The notes under the pieces are model-generated. The model did not search any database. It was not told where the DNA came from and saw only the letters and a list, made by a program, of their open reading frames with translations. The position numbers were made by a program, and so were the translations under genes. 42,336 bases of DNA from Perkinsus chesapeaki ATCC PRA-425. Taxonomy: Eukaryota > Protista > Perkinsozoa. Below, in pieces: positions 34,328 through 42,336 of the stretch; positions within the stretch are counted from its first letter, which is position 1; each line of letters starts with the position of its first letter. The stretch is from positions 1 through 42,336 of the forward strand of contig JAAPAO010000289.1 of NCBI GenBank assembly GCA_013115145.1, given 5' to 3'.

Positions 34328-35005
34328 CGCTTGGGCGACTTGTCGGTGAAGCAGAAGGTCGAGAGAGTCTCTGAGGGCCTCAGCGTGCTTCGACAGGTGA
34401 GCTTGGGCAACGGGGTCGCTAGGCTGCGGACAGTATTCTGGGAAGATGTGACAGAAATCGACAACAAAAAATCGAAGCAAAAATGGTGACGGCGCTTGTG
34501 AATATTATTATTATAAATCTTTATTGCATAATAATATAGTCGAAGGAGCAGCCTTTCTAGGTGGTTGCCTGTATGGAATAGGCTCGAGTAGTGTTGCGGT
34601 GCGAGAACTCCGATGCTCACCTCTCCGTTTCCAATCTGGAAGTCATTTTTGAGCCTACGACCATGTGGACACCTACGTGTCGTTTTACTGTTAGACTATT
34701 TGTTTGGGTAGGTTCACAACGAAGCAGCCTACAGTGCTCAGTCAAGATACGACGAGCTGAGGAATGACGTGCAAGTTGTGAATGCCAGTGTGGTCCAGCT
34801 GAAGGAGGAGGCCACTGGCAGCGCTCGACAGCAACATCAGTGAGGTCTAGGGCCGAGCGTCGAAGGAGAATCTGAAACCGTTAGATACCTCCACGAGCTC
34901 AAGGCTATACTAGAGGGGCATATTAGGCGGAGCGAAGCATGTATCATTCACGTACAGAATCAAGTTGAAGAAGTGGCCAAAAGGCAGGATCGTCTTGAAC
35001 GAGCT
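34328..35005 (+). CDS. Coiled-coil protein, paralog 2 (conserved core only)
   Basis: GDLSVKQKVERVSEGLSVLRQ|VHNEAAYSAQSRYDELRNDVQVVNASVVQLKEEATGSARQQHQ|YLHELKAILEGHIRRSEACIIHVQNQVEEVAKRQDRLERA is clearly homologous to paralog 1. Confidence 0.7.
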
Positions 35006-35363
35006 GTGAGTGCTGAGAGAGTCGTAGAGCAACGTGGGACGAACGCATCTAGTGGGGCTGTTCAAATGACCGCTTCCGACATTCAAAGGCGCACGTTGAA
35101 TCCAATCCTAGCAGGGCTATTCAATCTCGGGAGAGGTGCATTAAGCATCCTGAGTATTTTTCATCAAACTATACCCGGAGCATTGATGGATAACTTCATG
35201 ATCTCTTTCTCAGGTTCAGTTGCTGGAGACGCAGATCCTCCGTTAATTTGTAGTGGTGTAGTCATGAATGTTCCACCAGCGTTGTCCGAAACCATCTCTC
35301 TTGCGTTCCAGTGTCAAGGCTATCTTGCAGCATTTGTCAGCAGTGGCGGTTTGGACCGCAGTG

Positions 35364-37620
35364 ATGCTATCGAAGGCCCTAAGACCGTTGCCCCATGGGC
35401 GGCGACTGTTATCTTCGGCGAGGCATCGAAGCTTTTCAAGCAGCGTCTGGTCGAATGTGACGGGGGAGAGCGGAGAAGGATCGCCTATGGATGCCCATGA
35501 TGTCGCTTTCTACCAGCAGTTTGACGTGCCACTCTTGGGCAAGTACCACAACTACTATCCAGAAAACACGCCATCATTTAATCTAATGGAAAGGTAAGGC
35601 AACGATAGCGGAGAACAATTAATGGGCGCGCGGTCAGGTGTGTCGATGAGGCTCATGCGAGAGGAGCAGAGCTGGCGGCCTCCTATGAGCCTTATCTTCC
35701 CGTCGATTTGATGCAGTCCCTCATTATTACAGTAAGTCAGCGATGGAACTCTTCGACAGATGAGAGTGCGCAACGTATGATAGCCGACCGGGCAGAATGA
35801 GCCAGAACCCAGTGCGTCCCTGGCTTTACTAAGTACTGCCGAATGCCGCATAGATGGGGCCACAATTTCGGCGCACGGCTGGTAGTTCACCAAAAGACAT
35901 AATCCTCTATTTGCCCGATAAGACGGTCTCTGCCTCTCGCGTTGCGAACTCTTCATTGTTGGGTTTATGTTCGGTAGATACACGACTACATACCTGGGCA
36001 TAGTTGGATGGCATCTATAGCAGTAGCGGCAACAGTGGTGGGCGGGGGGGAGCTGAAGGCGACCTTGGAAGAATCTTAGGTGCGGATAATGGTGCTACCG
36101 TTGTTGATCTCATCGATGAGGGCTGGTAGAGTGAAGCAAAGGATCATGCCGCAGATGGATGTAGAGGGATGATGGCTGCCGCGCGGCTTAGGGTGCGGTT
36201 AGGCACTTACTGCGGAGATGAAGGAGGCAGAAAAGAAGGGAAGTCAACAACAGCTTATACGAGCTCAGACTAAGTAATGGTGCTGGGGGGCATGCTATTA
36301 GAATGAGAGTTCTGTACCGATGAAGGGCATAGTCGAGCTATGATGGTGACAAGCCTGACACATGAGCAGTTTTTCTTGTTGGCGATAGGCTTTGAAACTA
36401 TGTACTTGATACCACTTTGTGGAAAGGAAGCGGGAAAAGCCCCGCGAAATTCCCTCTGCCTTCTGTAGGTACTCCCAGTTCATAAAGGAGCACGGGTCGA
36501 TGGTGACAATGAAGGGCATGTTGGGCATGTTCGTACAGATACCTATATTCACCACTGCATTCTTGGCAATGCGACAGATGTCGAACCATCCACATATTTT
36601 TAAAGGTATCCTGTATCCCACTCTACCCCAATCCGACCTCAGGATTCCCCATGGAGACCCCACTGTGGCTGGACTCCTTGGCTCTGTCTGATCCGTAACA
36701 ATCTCCTCATCATCTTCAATTCCCTTTAATATGCCTCTTCAGTATAATAGTTCTACCAGTCTTGGCATCTGCGTTGCTCCTCACCAATATTGAATTCTTC
36801 GGCTCTATCGACTCCGCCCAGGCGGCAGAGGCAGGCGATCGACCGGACACCAAGAACAAGCTGGGTAGCTGCTTCGGCCACCCCTTCCCCCAACGTTGCT
36901 GGTGTGCCAGGCATCGACAGCAAGACCATGCAGAAGTACTCTCGCCATGGCTTTCGTGCTCTCTGCGTGATTGCCTTGCCCGCGACGATGTACCTTCCAG
37001 CAGGCCTCTTCGTGTACACATGTAAGAGGCTTTGCTCCAGCTTCGTGGTGTCTTGGCTTCTTAGGCACCAATGCGATGTGGGCTATCACTCAGAACCGTG
37101 TGCTGCGGTTTCCAGTGGTGGAGCAAGCTCTTAATATTCCGCATAATGTAGCATCCTGTTCACAAGAAGGCAACTGAGGGGAGAATTTTTCGCCACTTGA
37201 TTAAAGTGGTTTATCGGGGGGCCTAATGGCTATTATAACTATTATAGGATGCACAGGAGAGCTGAGACGGGTTTATGGAGGAGCAGCTTCTCTGTAGATT
37301 GTATAGTGATTACGTCCCAAAGTGTCGGAGCCGGAATCCTTCTCATTGGTGAGAAAATAAGAACACCCATGAAGAGTTGTTTGCCGGCATTTTCCTGTAC
37401 ACCAATTATACCATCATAATGAGGGCTCTTTCGACCTCTGTGGTGCAAAATCATCGTTTGCAGATAAAGAAAGAAGAGAAGAAGGATGAGACTTATTTCG
37501 ACCCAGGCTCGATTGTCACCGTTGAGGAGGTTCGCCATGTTGGTAGCGTTGTTGTTGAGGCTGCTTGGGTGTGTTAGGCGTTGAGGATCTCTAAAGAGAA
37601 CAGTCAGCGAGCCGAACAGG
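35364..37620 (+). CDS. OXA1: Mitochondrial inner-membrane insertase, Oxa1/YidC/COX18 family; 3' end approximate
   Basis: Presequence-like MLSKALRPLPHGRRLLSSARHRSFSSS; LPVDLMQSLIIT|IHDYIPGHSWMASIAVAATV|VRIMVLPLLISSMRAG; MFVQIPIFTTAFLAMRQM; LPAGLFVY...NAMWAITQ. Confidence 0.85.
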
Positions 37621-38499
37621 TAGCCAGAATGAATCTACACCAGAAAGTGGCACGGAGGGCGGCACAGGTAAGCCTCTACCTACTGGGACCCACCTAGCAT
37701 CACAATGTTCCTTATACGGAGTGGATCTATTTTCAAAAATTTCAACTTTTCTGATTTTTCTTTCACAATGGAAATTTGGAAAGGAAATACGATCAAACTG
37801 CCTTCCTTTTGGGAGCGCCTGATGCTCCTCTATGAACTCTGGTCCTGGCGGAGCTTTGCTATTGTGAGTGCGATGATGTTACTCCATCAGGCCGCTGTTG
37901 AGGCATCCTTACCACAAATGGTTAATATGAAAAGAAAACAGAAATAATGTTGTTGTTGATGGTGGTGGTGTTTCCGAATAATTAAATGGACTTGCGCAAG
38001 TTGGTAGAGTTAGTAACACCAGCAGCAGCAGTTGACAATAAATATGCATTATGACGCTACTATCATCGAACGATCACTCGAGGACTGTACCGTCGTGGGG
38101 TGCCATCTGATAACAGTAAAGATAGTAAAGCATTAACTAACACATCCATGGTGCGATTGGCTAGGTACGGTTAGACTGTTGCCTATCTGCCCTACCAATT
38201 CGAGTGGTGGCTTGAAATACTTCCCACTAGTGAGGCTGCATCACACAGACTGTATGTGTCCGTAATTCCGCCGACAATACTCACGCCATTACGGCTTTGT
38301 TACCATTCGATAATTCATTTTATTTCACCAAATCAGATTATCATGCCACAAGTGCAGTGACGGAGGTGAGCCGGTAGTCCCCTCTGCTACGCTGTATGGG
38401 TGCTGTGGAGTACTATAGTTGACCCTCAGCGGTGTAGTCCGCCCCCCACTGTCACGTACCCAGCTACGCCACTGGACAAGTGCCGAATAAATACCTTGC

Positions 38500-39735
38500 T
38501 TTGCATCAACGTAGCTCGAATTGCTGGTGTAACTCTCCGGCACCCCACCACTGTGCAAGCTCGGATGTCTGCTGCCGTGGTGATGATGGTGGTGATGACT
38601 GCAATAGATGCGATCGCGTTTCTGCGCCGTTGTGGTGCCCACCTGTGCTCGCCATCTGATCTCGAATTTTTATGATGATGATGCTGAGATGATCGGTCAC
38701 TATCTGATTCGACCTGAGTCCGTCATCACTGCTGACAATTCTTCGATCGGCGGCGTCGGCGGCCTACCCCAGGTGGGGTAAGAAGCCTTCCATAGCGCTG
38801 ATGACTGTGCAGTCGCTCACGGTACGTCATTCGACGGCTCTTGGCTGCTGTTGAACGGCTTCGATGCTTTCGTGCTCCTTTGAAAAGAGCGTGTATTCTC
38901 GAGGCTGCCGATTTGGACCGCACGCCTAATGAAGGCGGTCCACCCAACACGACGTCGGGGATCGTACTCGTCCAGATATAGAAAATGATAGTCGCAATGA
39001 CGAGGGAACCGATGACGATGAGAACAACGGCGTAGTAAGGCAGACCGCCTCCAGACTTCGGTGGGCCCTCGGTAGGCAGCTGCTGCCGAAGACCTGAAAG
39101 CCGGCAGGATATTCAATTATTTGCGTCGACAGCAGACAAGCCGCTCGGTGTGATTCTACCGCGATTTGCGAAAACGTACTTGTAGCTTGTGGGAACGCTA
39201 TAATTGGTGTCGCCGGCAAAGCCGTGGTATCTTGGACCGCCGTAGGAACCGGTTGCTGTTGATTCTGACACCACCTCTCTGAACTAGGCTCGACACTGCT
39301 AATGCGGCTCACTGCTGTCATAACGCCGACGGTCCCTTGCATCTGCTGAGGAAGGCTGAGACTAGCCTGGGGAGCTCCAAGCGAAGGAGGAGGAGGAGGG
39401 ACCACCTCGAGAACCGATGGTGCCGGAGCCTGAAAGGATATTGGCGGAGCTGAAGTAGCGACGCAGCTACCAGCCCTCGAGTTGATAACACGTCAAGTGC
39501 TAGGAGCAATAATGCTGCTCGCTGTAGTCGTCGATATATGTCCAATTGCTGTGTTGACATATATGGGAAAGGGGCATGAAAAAAAACTGCCAAGGCCGAC
39601 AGCAATCAGTAATACCGCGAATTGACGAACGCCAAAAAATTGTAAGATGAAACGTGAAACTACAAATGCAAACAAGCAAGAGGTAAAGACGGACGTGATG
39701 GACCCACATACACGCTCAAAAGCATGACTCATCAC
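38500..39735 (-). CDS. Hypothetical multi-exon protein (hydrophobic N-terminal part, Pro/Ser-rich and basic regions)
   Basis: Overlapping ORF fragments with GT-AG junctions. No family recognised. Confidence 0.3.
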
Positions 39736-39989
39736 TAAAGTCCAACGAAGATCTCCTCCAAGGTCCTACTGCTGCCGTACGACGTCCGTGGTAGAAAGGC
39801 CATCGTGAGACACCTTGCCTCACCACCTGCCTCGGGCAGGCCATATAATTGGCCAAACAAGCAGCCAGCAGACCGGTACGGTGAAAGGTCGGAATCGCTA
39901 GTGAGAAAAAAACCGGCGACCGCCTATCAAATGGGAAAAGCAACCTTCAACAGTTCATCATCCTAATGGCCACTGTAGTCTGACTCCAA

Positions 39990-41990
<2,001 letters not shown>

Positions 41991-42336
41991 CAGTAGAAGT
42001 ACGTCCCGATTCGACAAGAGCGCCGTCGCCTTCGGGCTGATGACCAGCCCTAATCAGACCTGAGAACCGCAAAGATATTAAAGGAGAGGCCAAAATTACC
42101 AACTTACGGCCAGTCAGCCCATTGCCCAGCTGAGTTGCCGAGGTCCGACCAGCTTGTCCAGTGTCGCATCTACAAATAAATGGAATTGTCCAAAAGGACA
42201 TGTGACGGAAATTGCTGAGCAGCAGGCGGCAAACGGGCATGACGCAGTTCAGCCATTCTCTACGCGCATTTGCTGCGCGCCGCCCGCAAAATCTCTGCGC
42301 GCGCCCTCAAAAACTCTTAATCCACCCTCAAATTTC

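Overview
Gene-dense eukaryotic window of roughly balanced GC with many ~40-60 nt GT-AG introns. A near-perfect copy of the Perkinsus-type spliced leader (SL) suggests a perkinsozoan alveolate (inference). Host genes: a POLQ/HEL308-type SF2 helicase (-), CTR9 (+), two adjacent chromodomain genes, an EF-hand protein, two tandem coiled-coil paralogs, mitochondrial Oxa1/YidC, a DYRK kinase (-) and several hypothetical genes. The main feature is an intact 5955-bp LTR retrotransposon (25487-31441, -) with identical 211-bp TG..CA LTRs, a 5-bp AATAG target-site duplication, PBS, PPT and a single 1844-aa gag-pol ORF whose RT/RNase H motifs look BEL/Pao-like. Each LTR carries a DNA-encoded SL (TCTGTAGCCATCTTGGCTCAAG) 16 nt upstream of the ATG that opens the gag-pol ORF, suggesting a retroelement adapted to SL trans-splicing. 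A second pattern: five short introns (four well supported, one predicted) carry tRNA 3'-end/B-box fragments. Multi-exon gene boundaries were inferred by eye and are approximate.
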